From the human T2T-CHM13v2.0 reference genome, Homo sapiens: DNA of 64,000 nucleotides. The number at the start of each line of letters is the position of its first letter. Position 1 is the first letter of the stretch. Where the stretch lies: the NCBI RefSeq assembly GCF_009914755.1, contig NC_060933.1. One strand, 5' to 3'. Below are positions 12,811-33,483 of this stretch, piece by piece. The notes under the pieces are model-generated. The model saw nothing but the letters and a program-made list of their open reading frames with translations. It did not search any database and was not told the DNA's origin. A program made the position numbers and the translations under genes.

Positions 12811-14365
12811 TTAGTATTGTCAGTTTCTTAAAAAAAAAAAAAAAAAAAAAAATCTAGTAGGTGTGTAGTGCTGCCTCATTGTGGTTTTAATTTGCATTTT
12901 CCTAATGTTTAATGACATTGAGCATCTTTTTATGTGCTTTCTTGTCACCAGTATCTCATATTTGGTGAAATCTATTCAAAGTATTTGCCCATTTAAAAAA
13001 CTGGAATGTTTGGCTTCTTGTTACTGAGTTTTAAGAGTTCTTTATATATTCTGGATACAAGTCCTTTGTGAGTATATGAATTAAAAATATTTTCCCCTAA
13101 TTGGTGGCTTGCCTTTTTATTTTCTTTATAGTGTCTTTTGAGGAGCAGAAGTTTTAAATTTTGGTGAAGTCTAATGTTTTGCTTTTTTCTTGTATGGCTA
13201 GTGTTTTTTGTATCCTGCATAAGAAATCTTCCCTTACACCAGGTCACAAAGATTTTTTTCCTACATTTTCTCCTATATCTAAAAGTTTTATGATTTCAGC
13301 TTTTACATTTAGGTCTTTTATGTCTATGATCCATTTTGATCGCATGCTTAATTTTGTTCTCACTGCACAAAAGACACAGTAGGAAAGGAAGAATCTGGAA
13401 TAAAGATGACTGCCTCTTTCAAAAGACAGGTTGTAGAATAGAAATATTAAACTTTTGTTCTGTGTATTATATTATCTTCATCTAATATTGATTAAGTAGT
13501 AACTGTTCAGTAGTAAAATATATATAGATTACCTACTCTGAGTCAGGCACTGGAGATACAGTAATGAAAACACTAGACAATGTCCTTGCTCCCTTGGAGT
13601 TTATATTTGAGTGGGTGAAATTGTGTTTTTATTATAATGAGCCTCCATTGTATATACAGTAAAGTCAAGAAAAATGTTGTTGCCTCTCTGTGATTTCTCA
13701 AAACCTCAGTTGAAGGAAGCATTTTAGATTGTTGGTAATCTTCTTAATATTATTGTATGATAGAGCATGAACCTCTTTCCAAAAAGAGTCACTGATCTGC
13801 AGAGAAAAGGGAATCTGGGGCTGCATACGGCCAACTATAATACAATGTGTCATGTGATAGAGCAGTACTGCATGCAGAATCATATCAAATGATCTCATGT
13901 TCCTGTTACTGTTGAGGTGTAATGACCAGCCTTAATGCTCTTTTCTTTGGTTTAAGCAAATTGGTTTTTTTTTTTTTTTTTTTTTTTGCCGAAAGAGTTC
14001 ATTAATACTACATTTAGAGAACTCTTAGATCTCTTTTCTGATAGCCAGAGGACCAGATACCTTCTATAATTAGCCATTCATGTGTTCCTTAAAATGAGTC
14101 ATACTATGTGTTAATGATACCACCATTCTTCAAGCCACTTCAAGTATCAAAAATAAGTTCCATTTACTATTAACATTTATAAACTAATACCAATATTAAA
14201 TAGCCAAATAATAAATAGGGTTAAATCAGAGCAGGATGAGCTCTATGATCTAGTCTTGGATGATGAGTAGGATTTCAGTAGATACAAATAAAGAGGGCAG
14301 ATTAATTTATATTGATGGATTTGAGGAAAAAGATTACATCAGCAAATACGTTATTCATGGCTTGA

Positions 14366-15225
<860 letters not shown>

Positions 15226-16051
15226 TAGTGCCAGGGGAAGATGGTGCAATTTATTCTGCCAGAGGGTACCACTCAGGCTATCTCCAGGCTGAGAGAGACC
15301 CTGGAGTTATACTAGCACAGAGCTGGACCATGGTTGCCAGCAGAGTAAGCAGCAAACAGGGGCAAAGGAACATTGGCCTGGAGATCTTAAGAAGCTAGAG
15401 GAGCACTTCCTCAAGGGTTGCAACTTTTTCCTGCTGCTATGAAGTCCCCTTCCCCTGATATATCCAGATCCATCTCAGGTAGATAAGCAGGAGAGGGGTT
15501 GCTATCTGAGAGACTGAGCAGTTTTTATTCAGGAGAGTCTGAGCAGTACCTAAAAAGACATTAAATGATCAGATAGGACTACGTTAAACTGGTTTGGGGG
15601 CTTAAGAGGGACAATGTAGGCAACTGTGAAGATGCACAAGACCTTCATGTGAGTAGAGGGTGCCCTCAGCTCACCCACCACTTTCGATAAACTGAGGCAG
15701 GACTGAATGTGGAATGAGGCAGGCCTGTTTACTGTGTCCAGGAGGGACTGATTGGGCCCATTTGAGATAAGTTAGGTAGCAAGCGGCCTAGCTGAGCAGG
15801 GGGCTAGGTGCACTCAGCTGCAGGGGCACTGCGTGCCCATGTGTACCTGCCTCAGCACCACCAGTGTCACAGCCCTGGCTGCACCCATTGCCAAGGAAGA
15901 AAGAACCATGTGGTTGAAACACATCTACTGTACCTGGCCCTGTCAGACTTGGGAGGACAGGTTCTTGTCTTGTTGTCCTTGATGCTGTTTCCATCAGCAT
16001 CCACCTGTTATCTCTCCTCACCCTGAGGAGCTCAACCCACCCTGATTTTGT

Positions 16052-17170
16052 CATTCATTTTTTTTCTCATTCGCTCATTCTTTTATTGAGTCTGTTATGC
16101 CATGTACTGTGCTAGGCACTGAGGACACAGTATTTTGTAGAGATAAGGGAATAAACACACATGAATACAATGAAGTTTGAGCAATATTAAGCTTCAGAAA
16201 TATTACTGAGAAAATACAGAGTCTTATTGGAGTACACATATTTGGGAGAACATAGTTTGTAAAGGAAGTAGGAAGGTTTGTGCTGTGATCTAATAATGAT
16301 TTTGAGGTAATCAGATGAAAAGTCGGAAGAAAGTTTCAGGCAGAAGGAACAACGTGCAAAGATGAGAGAAATTAAAGGAACAAAAGTTCAGTGTGTCTAG
16401 AGTGTAGAGGATGAGGAAGAGGGATGTGACGTGAGATGAGGCTGAAGAGAGGCAGGGACCTGACCATGGGGCACCTTGAAATTCAGGATCAGTTGTTTGT
16501 ATTTCATCCTAAGCACAATGGGAAGCTATTCAAGAGTTTTATGCAGAGGATTGACTTTGCCAGCACTGCATTAAAAAAATTAACTTAAAAATTTTAATGT
16601 AGTTCAAATCTGCATGTCTGGTTCATTTCAGCTCCTTCACTGCCAAACCTGGGGGCAGGGACTGCTTCAGTTTCTCCGCCTAAGATTCTTACCAGTACTG
16701 CATTTTGAATGTTTTATAGTGTGGGTTGGAGTGGATCAACACTAGATGCTGGGAGACAAGTTAAGGGATTGTTAATTAGTCCAGATGAAGGATGATGGTG
16801 GTTTGAACTGCATAGGGTAGAGGTAGTAGGGAAGATAGATTTGGGGCATATTTTGGAGGTATGTCCAGCAAGGCTTAGATGTGGAGAGTAGTGAGGGAGA
16901 TGGAGAATTCAAGAATAACTGAGGTTTTTGGCTGAGCACCTATGTGGATGATAGTGTCCTTTGCTGAGTAGGAGAACACTGGGTGGGAAGATATTTTGGA
17001 GGAAAATCATGTGTCTTGTTTGGATGTTGAGTTCAAAGTTCTTACAAGACCATCAAGTGAAGATATCCTGTGGGCAATTAGGTATATGATTTGAAAGCTG
17101 ATAGAAATGGACTGGTGATTCATTCTTGGCACATAGAAATTGGTTATTGGAGCAATGGGCATAGGTATTA

Positions 17171-17216
<46 letters not shown>

Positions 17217-17355
17217 GAGTGGAAAACGAAATCTAGAATAGATCCCTGAGGATCATCAATCAACCCAGGGGCAGGTAGAGAAGGAAGGGTCAGTAAGAGA
17301 CTGAGAAAGAGCTGCCAGCTGGTTGGAAGAAACCTGGACAGTGTGGTGTCATGGA
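16052..17355 (-). mobile_element. L2 LINE remnant
   Basis: cattcatt...tactgtgctaggcactgaggacacag 3'-end motif; caggcagaaggaacaacgtgcaaag; caatgggaagctatt. Confidence 0.75.
17176..17214. repeat. (GA)n microsatellite
   Basis: About 19 perfect GA units. Confidence 0.95.
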
Positions 17356-19186
17356 GGGTGTACCACTACAGTCAGCTGTAGGGGAGTGTTAAGAGTGTTT
17401 GGCTGCACTCCTGGAGATGCTTAGGTTACTTATAATAATTGAATGAGTGAGTAGGCTACAGAGGATCAGAGGAGCACACCTGGAGCTCCCAGCCTCCGCT
17501 AAGCATCTCCCTAATAAATAGAGCAGCCTTCTGCCTGTCAAATCTGAAGAAAACCTGAACTCCAGGAAGTAGCAGGGGTTCAGAGGAAAGAACAGGTACT
17601 CACACAGGCGTATTATATCTTCAGGGTAAACCTTTAACCTGGTGAGGTTTGGTAGGATCAGAGTGAATTTCAGTCTCTGGATCTGAAGCATCCCATTAAT
17701 TTTGTTGCCCTTTTATCATTTCTAGAAGCTGAACTTAATTTTTTTCTCTGTCTTTGCCTCTATCTTTGCCCCTCTGATTCTCTAGCCCAGTTGATTCTCC
17801 TTGGCTCTTGATCTTGGTTTAGTTTGGCTAGCACTCCTTTTCTGAGGAGTAACTTCCGTAACAAATATTTATAGTAACCCCTCTGCTTGGCTGGCAAGTC
17901 CCGGAACCAGTGTCCTTACACACTGTCCTAAAAAGCAGTCAGCCCGGAGCACAGCCAGCTTTATTGGCCTAGATATGATTAGATGCTTCCTTTACCCCTT
18001 CTGGAGGTGTTAGTGGTTCTGAGCCTTGGAAGTTCTGTTCTCCTTAACCATCTCCTTCTCTCCCGTTTTGCTTTTCTGAAACATATTTATTAGCTAGATG
18101 TTAAGGTTAGTAGTTCTACCCTTCAGTGAAGATTGATGAAAAATTAGCCCAAAATTGCTGTCTTCTAATTCCAAAAATCTATAATCTCTATGTTCTGTGA
18201 ATTGGGTCTGAGGCTAGCTCTTAGCTTATTTCAGGACCTAAATTTAACATACCCTGGGTTTAAGTGGTGGGTTGTAATTTCTATGTAGGAGAAGCTTAAG
18301 GGGAGAAATCTGATTGGAAGAGAAGGGAGGCAGTTAGGTTTGCCTTAAAGCTGAGTACACAAGAGTAATCTGGCTGTAATCCAGCTGGCTGGGACTGACT
18401 GCCAGAAAAATTAAAAAACAAAGATGTGATTGATAAAAATGTGTACTTTGTTCATGTAAGTGAGTTTTAAAAATGTAGACTCTAAGACCTTTTTTCTCTA
18501 TCTTCCGTTTGCCAATTATTGCATTTACATAGTTTCTTCCTTCCTTCCCCAAACAAGGTATAACACCATAAACCTGAGAATTTTAGACACATGCTTTGCT
18601 CACTTTTTTTCTATTTATGTATTATTTTTATTTGGTTTGCTTTTGGGGGAGGGGAGGCAGGAGTTGCCATTTGTGCCAACAACTCTTTCTCAAATATTCC
18701 AAGCAATCTTTTCCTTGGGGAGTTGTACTACACAATTCTATTAATTACTGTTGTGCAATATTGAGATACCTTACATATGTAGCAACAGTGACACATATGC
18801 CCACACCCAGTGAAACAAGGTCATTTTCTACTGTCAGTTATATGCATCAAGGTGACAGGTGACGGCATGGTTATGGATTAACTCACCAAGGAAATGAGTG
18901 TGGAAAGAAGAATGCAGAAATCTGAGGACTAGAGCCTGGAGATGGGGAGCTTCGAGCTCAGAGGAAGAAGAGGATCTTCATCACGGGGAGACATCAGCTG
19001 GATATTGAGATGGAAGGATGACTATGAGTATGAGCTATTATAGAAACCATGGTAAGAGTTTTAAGTAGATGACAGTAACATCAAATGTGACTGATGTGTA
19101 ACTGGAGGAACTTACTGTCATATGCAAACTAACAACTCCACTGTATTCTTCTTCATCCAGATCATTTGTAAAAATTTTATACTAGA

Positions 19187-19484
19187 GGCCAGGCGCGGTG
19201 GCTCACGGCTGTAATCCCAGCACTTTGGGAGGCCGAGGCAGGCGGATCATGAGGTCAGGGGATCGAGACCATCCTGGCTAACACGGTGAAACCCCATCTC
19301 CTAAAAATACAAAAAATTAGCCGGGCGTGGTGGCGGGCGCCTGTAGTTCCAGCTACTCAGGAGGCTGAGGCAGGAGAATGGCGTGAACCTGGGAGGCGGA
19401 GCTTGCAGTGAGCCGAGATCGGACCACGGCACTCCAGCCTGGGCAACAGAGCGAGACTCTGTCTCATAAAAAAAAAAAAAAAAA
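19187..19484 (+). mobile_element. AluY-like with TSD
   Basis: ctaacacggtgaaacccc and gcggagcttgcagtgagccgag; TSD ttttatactaga on both sides. Confidence 0.93.
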
Positions 19485-19708
19485 GTTTTATACTAGACTA
19501 TTCAACAAATATTTTTTGAGCTGCATACTAACTGTGGTGGGGTTGTATAAATGAGCTATAAAGTTGTGTTTTAAAGTAATATGTCTTCATAAACAAATAT
19601 GCTGGTAATTTATACATAAAACTCTCAAACTTTACTGGTGTATTTGTTAAGTGGAGACTACAGACCTATTTCAGTGACATTTACAAAAAGTCCTTTGGTA
19701 TTCTTTTA

Positions 19709-20095
<387 letters not shown>

Positions 20096-20108
20096 TATAT
20101 ATGTATAA

Positions 20109-20644
<536 letters not shown>

Positions 20645-21120
20645 GTATTATTATTTCTGAAGATCTTTTTATATGTGAAAAAACAATCCATTGTTATTTC
20701 AGTTTTATAGCCACTTTAAAAAATGTGTATTGGTGCACAAACTTTATTCTCTGATGATAAATTTCATTAAAACAGTCAAAAATTATTATAAGTTGGTTGA
20801 ATGAAGTGAATGGTTAATCTGGGTTATTCCGGTTTTCGTTGAATGTACATGGGACTCTGAAGGGGTCATACCCCAGTTCTACCACTGCTGGGTCCTCAGG
20901 AGACTCAGCCTCAGCACCTTGCTCCCCCATGGCAGCAAACGCCTCCCTCCCTGAGAGACTGACTGTGCTCAGCTCTGGTCAGGGCAGGCTGCACAGGCCT
21001 TTTGCTGGATGACCCGGTAGGCAGACTAAGTGTGTGCCTTTAGGGTCCCAGCAAAGCAGTGGTACTAAATAGATTTGGAGGAAAGGATGTTGCTGTGTTT
21101 TTAAAAACATGGAAGTACTT

Positions 21121-21577
<457 letters not shown>

Positions 21578-22967
21578 TCACATCCTTGTCTTTTTCAGCA
21601 GCCTCCTCCCCATATTGTCTCGAGGATTGGGAAGCAGGAAATTTATAATACCCTTTTCTCTCTGTTTTCTCCAAATTCATTTTCTCTCCTGTGTTCCTTT
21701 GGGAGAAAAGGGAAATCAGTTCTGTCTCTTCACTCCTCTATATTACTCCATCTGGATGGACCCACACTGATAGCAGTGAACCTTGAACTTGGCAGTTTTG
21801 GAGCCAGGGTCTTTGCCCTCAGTGCAGTAAATTCATTTTTTTTTGTTTAGCTGCCAGATTTAGGGTCCAAACAGGAAAACAGAACTCACTCTAAGCATTT
21901 AAACCAGAGGGCATTTAATCCAGAGAATTAGCTGGCTGTGAATATGGTGGAAGAGCTGAGAAGCCTTTCAAGGGAAGGTGAGGCAATGCAGGGGAAGATT
22001 AGCAACCGAACCTTCTATTCTCCCTAGGCTGTGGGAAGGAGGGGAAGTGCAAGGGGCAGGGTAACTTAGAAGCCGGAACTTTGGGGGCCTGTTCTAGGGA
22101 AGCTGGGGCCAAAGAGTGCCTGTCCAGATGCTGGCCAAGGCTGGGAGAGAAGGGGAAGAGATAGTCTGGCTTCTCTCGTTCAGTTTTCTGCCAGTGCCTC
22201 CCTGACTGAGCTCAGCAGGAAGCCATCTGTGGAGGGAATGGGAAGGAGCGCCACCATTTACTACACACGCTTCCACATAAGCTTGCGTTTGTCTCTTCCT
22301 AGTTAGTACACTTCTTAAGGATATTGAACTAAGTTGAACAGTTTCTCTTTTTTGGTCATATACTACTGATCAGCTCTTCTTATTAGACTTTTCAATGAAG
22401 AGATGAAAAATTTGAAAACCTTTACACAGTGTAAAAACAAGCAAACTCTTTTAAAAAAATTTTTGCTTTACTCTTCCAGAATATGGTCCCAAACTGCTGA
22501 TGGTGGGATGTAGTTCAATTTTGGATATGACGGACCCCTAATAATTACCATAATAATGGACATTTATATAATGCTTTACAATATACAAGGTGCTTTTACA
22601 TTTATTGTTACTGCAAATAGGTCTTAATCTGGGGATTTTGGAGCCTGTTTATTTGACCTCTAACAGGTTAGCTTAAGGCCTAGATTTGAAAGAAAAAAAC
22701 AGTAATGCTCTTTTCTTGTTTTCCTCTGAATCACAGATGATAGGCAAACTTCTTTGACCTTTTTGTTAGACAGTTTAGCTACCCTCAGTAGTGGGAGGTG
22801 TTCTTAGCTGTCACTGGTGGGAGAGGCTGGCATCAAATTACTCCTCTGTTTTTCTCTCTTGGTGACCTAGCAGGTGTTTAGGACAATGACGACTACTCAT
22901 GTGGAACCTTTGCAGTCATATAGATCATGCCTGTTGTTTTTGGCCTATTCTCCTTCTCCTTCTTCTT

Positions 22968-23261
22968 CTTTTTTTTTTTTAGATGGAGTCTTGCTGTGTC
23001 ATCCAGGCTGGGGCGCAGTGGTATGATCTCGGTTCACTGCAACCTTCACCTCCTGGGTTCAATCAATTCTCCTGCCCTCAGCCTCCCGAGTAGCTGAAAT
23101 TACGGGCGTCTGCACCATGCCTGGCTAATTTTTGTATTTTCAGTAGAGACAGGGTTTCATTATGTTGGCTAGGCTGGTCTTGAACTCCTAACCTCAGGTG
23201 ATCTACCTCCCTCGGCCTCCCAAATTGTTGGGATTACAGGCATGAGCAACCGCATCTGGCC
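22968..23261 (-). mobile_element. Alu (S-type)
   Basis: Antisense Alu; TSD cctattctc. Confidence 0.92.
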
Positions 23262-23388
23262 CCCTATTCTCATCTAAATAAATATTTTATTTCTTTATTT
23301 TCAAAGTGTCATCCTTGGCCCTCAAGGAAGAGTCTAAGTCAGCCCTACAGTTCATCTTGTCTAGTGTTTGATCAAGATTTGCTTTGTG

Positions 23389-23684
23389 GGCCAGGCGCGG
23401 TGGTTCACGCCTGTAATCCCAGCACTTTGGGAGGCCAAGGTGAGCAGATCATGAGGTCAGGAGATCGAGACCATCCTGGCTAACACGGTGAAACCTCGTC
23501 TCCACTAAAAATACAAAAAATTAGCCGGACGTGGTGGCGGGCGACTGTAGTCCCAGCTACTCAGGAGGCTGAGGCAGGAGAATCGCTTGAACCTGGGAGG
23601 TGGAGCGTCCAGTGAGCCGAGCTGGCACTACTGCACTCCAGCCTGGGTGACAGAGTGAGACTCTGTCTCAAAAAAAAAAAAAAA
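23389..23684 (+). mobile_element. Alu (Sc/Y-type)
   Basis: TSD atttgctttgtg. Confidence 0.93.
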
Positions 23685-23713
23685 TTTGCTTTGTGGAAAA
23701 TCAAAATAATTGA

Positions 23714-24289
<576 letters not shown>

Positions 24290-24688
24290 TGGTACTTGTT
24301 TCTTGTAAGATGTTCTAGTTCTAACTCTTCTTCTTCAGACCTACTGATCTTGGATTATACTTTTTGTAATACTTTATCTTTTGGTTCCAAATGACTGGTT
24401 TTCAGAAAAGCCTTCTTAGCTCTGATGTTACCGTTCTGCCCTTTGATGTTTTTAATCTCCTTGCTACAGCTATGAGGGATTCACCATGTGTGTTTATCTA
24501 TTAAAAGAAATCCCATCTTTCCCTTTGAGGTCCCATTGCCATCCTTTAAAACATTCAAGATATCAAGCACCCCATATCAATGACATATTTTTATGCTTTC
24601 TTGTTTATGATTAAGATTCATTTTTAATTAAAAATTTTGAATAGGTCATACTTGCACACCTGTTACAAAATTAAAGCTATACAAAATG

Positions 24689-24980
<292 letters not shown>

Positions 24981-26420
24981 GGTATACAAAATGATAGATA
25001 ATGAAAAAACTGTCTCTTTCATCTTGCCCTTTAGATACCTTGTTCCCCTTCAGGGAGGTATTCGCTGTTAACAGTTTCCAGTCCAAAAGCTACGTTTTAA
25101 AGCATAATTAAATTTCTGGCCCCTTCTCTAAAGTCCCTCAATTATTAATCATATTAACTCTGTAGAAGGATGTATCACAACATTATACTGAAAAATAAGC
25201 TGAATATACAAAAGTGTTCAAGCAGTCAGAATACTTTGGAATATAATATGACATGTCAAACTGGTGTCTGACATGGATGGCTTCTGGGTGGATGCAAGTC
25301 CCTAAATGTCCAGCCTTCCTTTTGTGCATTGGCTTTGCCTGCCTACATACCCACTCCCTCCTCTCGAATGCACAAATAATGCACATTCGCCTTCCTGTTT
25401 GCTTTCTCTTAAGCCCAAGGCTTGTTAATCTGGGATCCTTTAGCTCCTAGATCCACGTGCACCTGAAATGATATGTAAAATGTTGTGGAATAATATGTAT
25501 ATGTGCTTTTTATATTTTAATGGGGAAAAGAGAGTATACATGGCTTTCATCTGATGTTCTATCTCCAGTCTATCTCTGTCTTCTTTATTCTGCCTGAACT
25601 TTCAAACTCCTGGTTCCTTCTGTCACTCAAAAGATGACTTTGCTTCCCCATTGAGGAATGCAGTTGAGCTCCTTATTTCATATAACCTTCCCTTCATTTC
25701 AATATATTATAGAGGATGTTGAGTAAGGTTTTTTTCTATTGCCCTGGAATTGGTGACTAGGGTCCAAAGCTGGGACAAAGAGGACTAAATACTGCACGTT
25801 CTAGAGAGAGTTGCTAATAATTGGATCAGAGCTCCTCTCCAGGGCTTACAAAGAGGTAGCAGAAGTGGCCCTGCAACTTCCAGCCAACCCATACCTTACC
25901 ACCCCACCTCCATTCCCAGGCTATATAAGATAAAAGATGACTGAAGGGAGGCTGTCATGAGCCTAGCAGGGAGTACTTTTCCCTCCTTTCCCCCCTTAAA
26001 GTAAGCAAGGGAGTATGAAAGAGATCTACATGAAAGAGAGATTGATTTCTCATTCCTTGGTTAAACTATCTGTTTAGACAGTGGATTTGTTCAGCTCCGC
26101 ACCTGTCTGAGAAGAGGAAAGGCAATTAGAGAAAGGAGGAAGGGCAGAGTAAGGGGATAGTAGTGGAATAGTCTGCATTCATTCTGTTTGGCTTAGCAAG
26201 GGTATGTGAGTTTCTGTGATCAAAGGGACACTGAGGAAGATCGCTGGGCTTGAGCCATCATGCTGGTAACCCATCCAAAAGGCTGCCACTGAACAGAAGT
26301 TAGGAGGGTTAAAGAGATGGCTTGGATCAGGATTCTCTGCATTAGGGCACAACTCAGTGGAGAAGCCCAGTAGGACCTTCTAAAGAACTCACATAACTGT
26401 CTCATAAGAGAGCCAGCATC

Positions 26421-26712
<292 letters not shown>

Positions 26713-27259
26713 TAGCATTTTGACATCTGCCAAACAACAGGTTGGCATGGTCTGTCAGCAAACAGTGGTTTGTGATAACTACCTTGTTAAATAAAAAGAG
26801 AGTTGTTCTTTTCCTCCCTGCCCTCCTCCTAGTTCTCAACCACCAAGGAGCTAAAACCCTTCTAGAGAACCTTCCAGAGAACTAGAAGAGGAGGAGCAGA
26901 ATCAATAGAAGGGATCATATTCTTCTCTCCACCGCAGGTTCCTTAAGCCATGGCTTAAGATGAGTTCTGCATTGGACCTGAGACTGGAGTTTTAAGCCAT
27001 ATCGGACTGAGTCTTTAAATAACCAAAAGGGAGCAGAGTGTTATGGACTCTGACCATGATGTTGTGAAGAGGTACAAAGGAGACATTTGTCATGGCACAG
27101 ATGAAGACTGATGGGTGGCAGGTTATGTTTATACCTGACCAAGCTCAATGCTCAACAGATAAGTTAAATTTATCCGTCACGAAATCTATCCCTGAATCCA
27201 TTGTTCCACCTTTCCCTGCAGTCTCAGAGGAATTTCTTTTTCTTTTAAAGTGAATCCCT

Positions 27260-27590
27260 GGCTGGGCACGGTGGCTCACACCTGTGATCCCAGCACTTTG
27301 GGAGGATGAGGAGGGTGGATCACTTGAGCTCAGCAGTTTGAGATCAGCCTGGGCAACATGGTGAAACTCCATCTCTACCAAAAATACAAAACAAACAAAC
27401 AAACAAACAAAAAACAACCAGGCGTGGTGGTGTGCATCTGTGGTCCCAGCTATTTGGGAGGCTGAAGTGGGAGGATTGATTGAGTCTCGGGGGATGGAGG
27501 TTGCAGTGAGCCAAGATGGCGCCACTGCACTCCAGCCTGGGTAACAGAGTGAGACTCTGTCTCAAAATATGACCAAATAAATAAAAATAA
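27260..27590 (+). mobile_element. AluJ-like with TSD
   Basis: TSD aaagtgaatccct on both sides. Confidence 0.92.
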
Positions 27591-28004
27591 AGTGAATCCC
27601 TTCATCCATACTCATATATCCATTGAGAAAACATTTATTTGAATTCTAAAATATACTGCCAATGTAAGGTACAAAGATTAAGGACGATAAAATTCCTTCT
27701 CATGGAATACACAATCTAATGGGGCAGAAAGTACCTACTTTAAAACAAATGTATTAAATTAAATTGAAAAGTGGCCTGAGTAAGCCTCAAAAAAGACTAA
27801 TTAGAACTCAAGGGAAGAGAAAACATTTCAGGCTGACAGAAAACCCATGGGCATAGAATAACATGACCCACTTAGAGGACTATAGATAGCTCTATATGTT
27901 TAGAAGGCATATGTGGCTGCAGAGGAGGCTGGAGAGGAAGATGGAGCCAGGACCACCTGGTGGACTGAGATTCTTGTTCTCCATCCTGCAGGCTAGTGGC
28001 TCTG

Positions 28005-28240
28005 AACAGCAGTAGTACTTTTCCTGGAGGGGCATTTTGGTCCGTGGTGGGTGCGCAGGAGATAGTGGGGGTGGGGGGAGGGGGTGGGGGGGCAGGCAGG
28101 AGGGGGTGGAGGGGAAGGGGCATTTTCTTGGTTGCTATAGTGATGAGAGTGGGTGCTACTGGCATTGTAGTAGTTGGAGGCCGCAGATGTTAGACTCTGC
28201 AATGTGAGGACAGTTCCACATAATTAAGAATGTATTCCAT
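28005..28240. mobile_element. MER20/MER20B-like hAT remnant containing an expanded G-rich tract
   Basis: gggtgctactggcatt...cagatgttagactctgcaatgtgaggacagttccac. Confidence 0.5.
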
Positions 28241-28654
28241 GAGAGAAGGAATTTCACCTTGTTTTGGTTGTTAATCCTTGTACCTTGACACTGGCAATAC
28301 CTTTTAGGTGTCAAATAAATGTCCTGAATTCGGCATGATTTAGATATCCTGAGTTCTGCACAGTCTTCAAATATTCCACCAAACAGTTGTGTAGGGTGTT
28401 ATATATAAATATATATATAAATACATCTGTTCTGTTATTGCTTATCCTAACACTGGTGTTTAATCCAGTATCTTTCTTTATGGAGTGGCTTCAGATCTCT
28501 TAAATCAAAATTTATTCATTCCCTGTAATTAGATGGAAGCATCTAATTACAATTAGCTGAGTGCCTCCTTTGGTGTTCTATCACAGTTATATCCAACCAT
28601 TTACATATTGAAATACCTGTTTTTAAAATAAGTTATTGTCTTTTATTTCTCTCG

Positions 28655-29778
<1,124 letters not shown>

Positions 29779-29859
29779 CTTAATTTTTTTATTCATTTAT
29801 TCATTTATTCAACGTAGCTGAAGTATTTTTCTGCTTGTAAAACTTTTCAGTTTAATTTT

Positions 29860-31578
<1,719 letters not shown>

Positions 31579-33483
31579 GAAAACACCCCATTTCTAATGC
31601 CAAGCTTTACTCTTCACAGAATATGGATATGGTGGGGAAAGACAGGAAGCCCCATTCCTTTAAGACACTTTGATTCACCTTCACAAGTTTCCCCAGACCA
31701 ATACTTGATTTATATATCCTTTTTCTTGGTGCTCCAAAGGTTTTTACACCCTAAAATAATTCATCATAATAAAATTTGGCTTGGGGTAGGGACATGCCTT
31801 TCTGTTGTAAACTGGGAGGGTTGTTGTCAGCACAACTGTTGTGAGCACAGGTCATTCTCAGGCAGAACAGTTTTGGGACTGAGTACATAAGGAAGTTCAG
31901 GGTCTGGAGATGGATTCCCTTAAAGCCATCTGGACAAACATAGTCCTTGGAAAGCCTTTTTGTGCTACTACTGTTTGAAGGCTGCTGCGCAGAGGTTCCC
32001 TGAAGGTGCCTCAGGGGTTCTGTTTGAGAATGAGGTGAAGGCGAGGGGTTTCTGGGCCCACCCCCACTGTTTCATCTGGAGCAGCTGGGCTTTTTTTTTT
32101 TTTTTTTTCTGTTTTACATGTACATTTTCATTTGAAGGAATGGTTTTGCTGCTAAAAATAACAGTGTGAAAAACATAGCCTCCAAGGGGGACCATTTAAA
32201 GATTTTAAGCAGTGATGTGACATAATTAGGTTTTTGTTTCAAAAGGTCGCTTTGACACCTGAACACATCGTGGAGGCTGGACTGGAGGGAAGTGAGACTG
32301 GAGAGACCCAGAGAGAAGGCAGAGCAAGAACTGGCTACTCTGGGCTCCATCCCAGGGTCAGCATCCACTTTAGATGGCGCCGGGGTTCACGGCTTGCCAG
32401 TCTCCACCTAGCTGCTTCTCCCATTCATATTTCCTGCCTGGCCCATGACCACCTTTGCCTTTGCAACCCCTGCCTTTGACTGTTTTTCGTCTTGTATATC
32501 CAGTCGGCCACCAAATTCTGTTGTTTCTTCCCTCAGATTACCTCAGATTTGTTCCTCTCTCCATTACTATCCCATCATCCTAGATTAGACACTTCAGGCT
32601 TGGGTTTCTCCAGGAACCTCTTCACGGTTCTTCTTGCTTTCAGTCTGTCTGCCCACCAATCTTACATCGCCACTGCTTAGCTTCTCTTGGTTCTTCATGA
32701 CATATTGCAGTACAGTTTTGTACATTTTTGTTTCAGATTTCTCCTCTTCTTCCCAGTCTTTGGCTTCTGTAGAAAATTCTAAGCAGAGCAGAAGATTAAA
32801 ATAGTGACTAGTGCATTTCCAGTCTCTAGAAGCAGTGATAACCATGTTTCCTTTGCCTCTTTTTATGCCAGATATTTGTAGAGTTAGCAGGACTTAAAAG
32901 GCAAGGGGACACCTTTCCCTCTTGCCACTTGCCTCTTGCCACTTTTTCCTCAGTGAAAGATTTTGTGAAGAAGTGGAATTTCAAGTTGAGTGGGTAAGAT
33001 TATTTCAGGGAATATTATATTTGAGACTTCATGCTATCGGATGCTCCCAAAGGGTGGTAAATAACTACTGGGGTTGGTAATAATGATGAAGGGTGGTAAT
33101 AGGAAAATAGGGAAACTATCTGTGTACCTAGGAAGATTCTTGGGCCAAGTGTGAGAGGGCAGAGAAGAACTGGGGCCTTCCTGGGCACTCACAGAGGTGC
33201 TGGTCCAGGCCCAGATGGAGCAGACAGGTGAAATATGGTTCACGTGGAGCTTGAATCATCAAGGAAATAAATGTATGTGGTTGCTTCTCCTGACAATTCT
33301 TAAATTTCTCTCTTAGGAATCTTTGGCCATCTATGAAACAATTTCCATGGGAAAATGACTTGTTTGGACTGTATTTTCACAAAGCTGATATTTCTGGCCC
33401 TTAGAATATGATACCTGTTTGTCTAAAAAACATATATCTATTCAGGTAAGTTGGAAACTGAGATCTGATTTGAAAACATTTTG

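Noticed and set aside
13690-13960. Complex-looking stretch considered as a pseudogene fragment
   Set aside because: The frames I translated were short or unrecognisable and no parent could be named; probably an old repeat.
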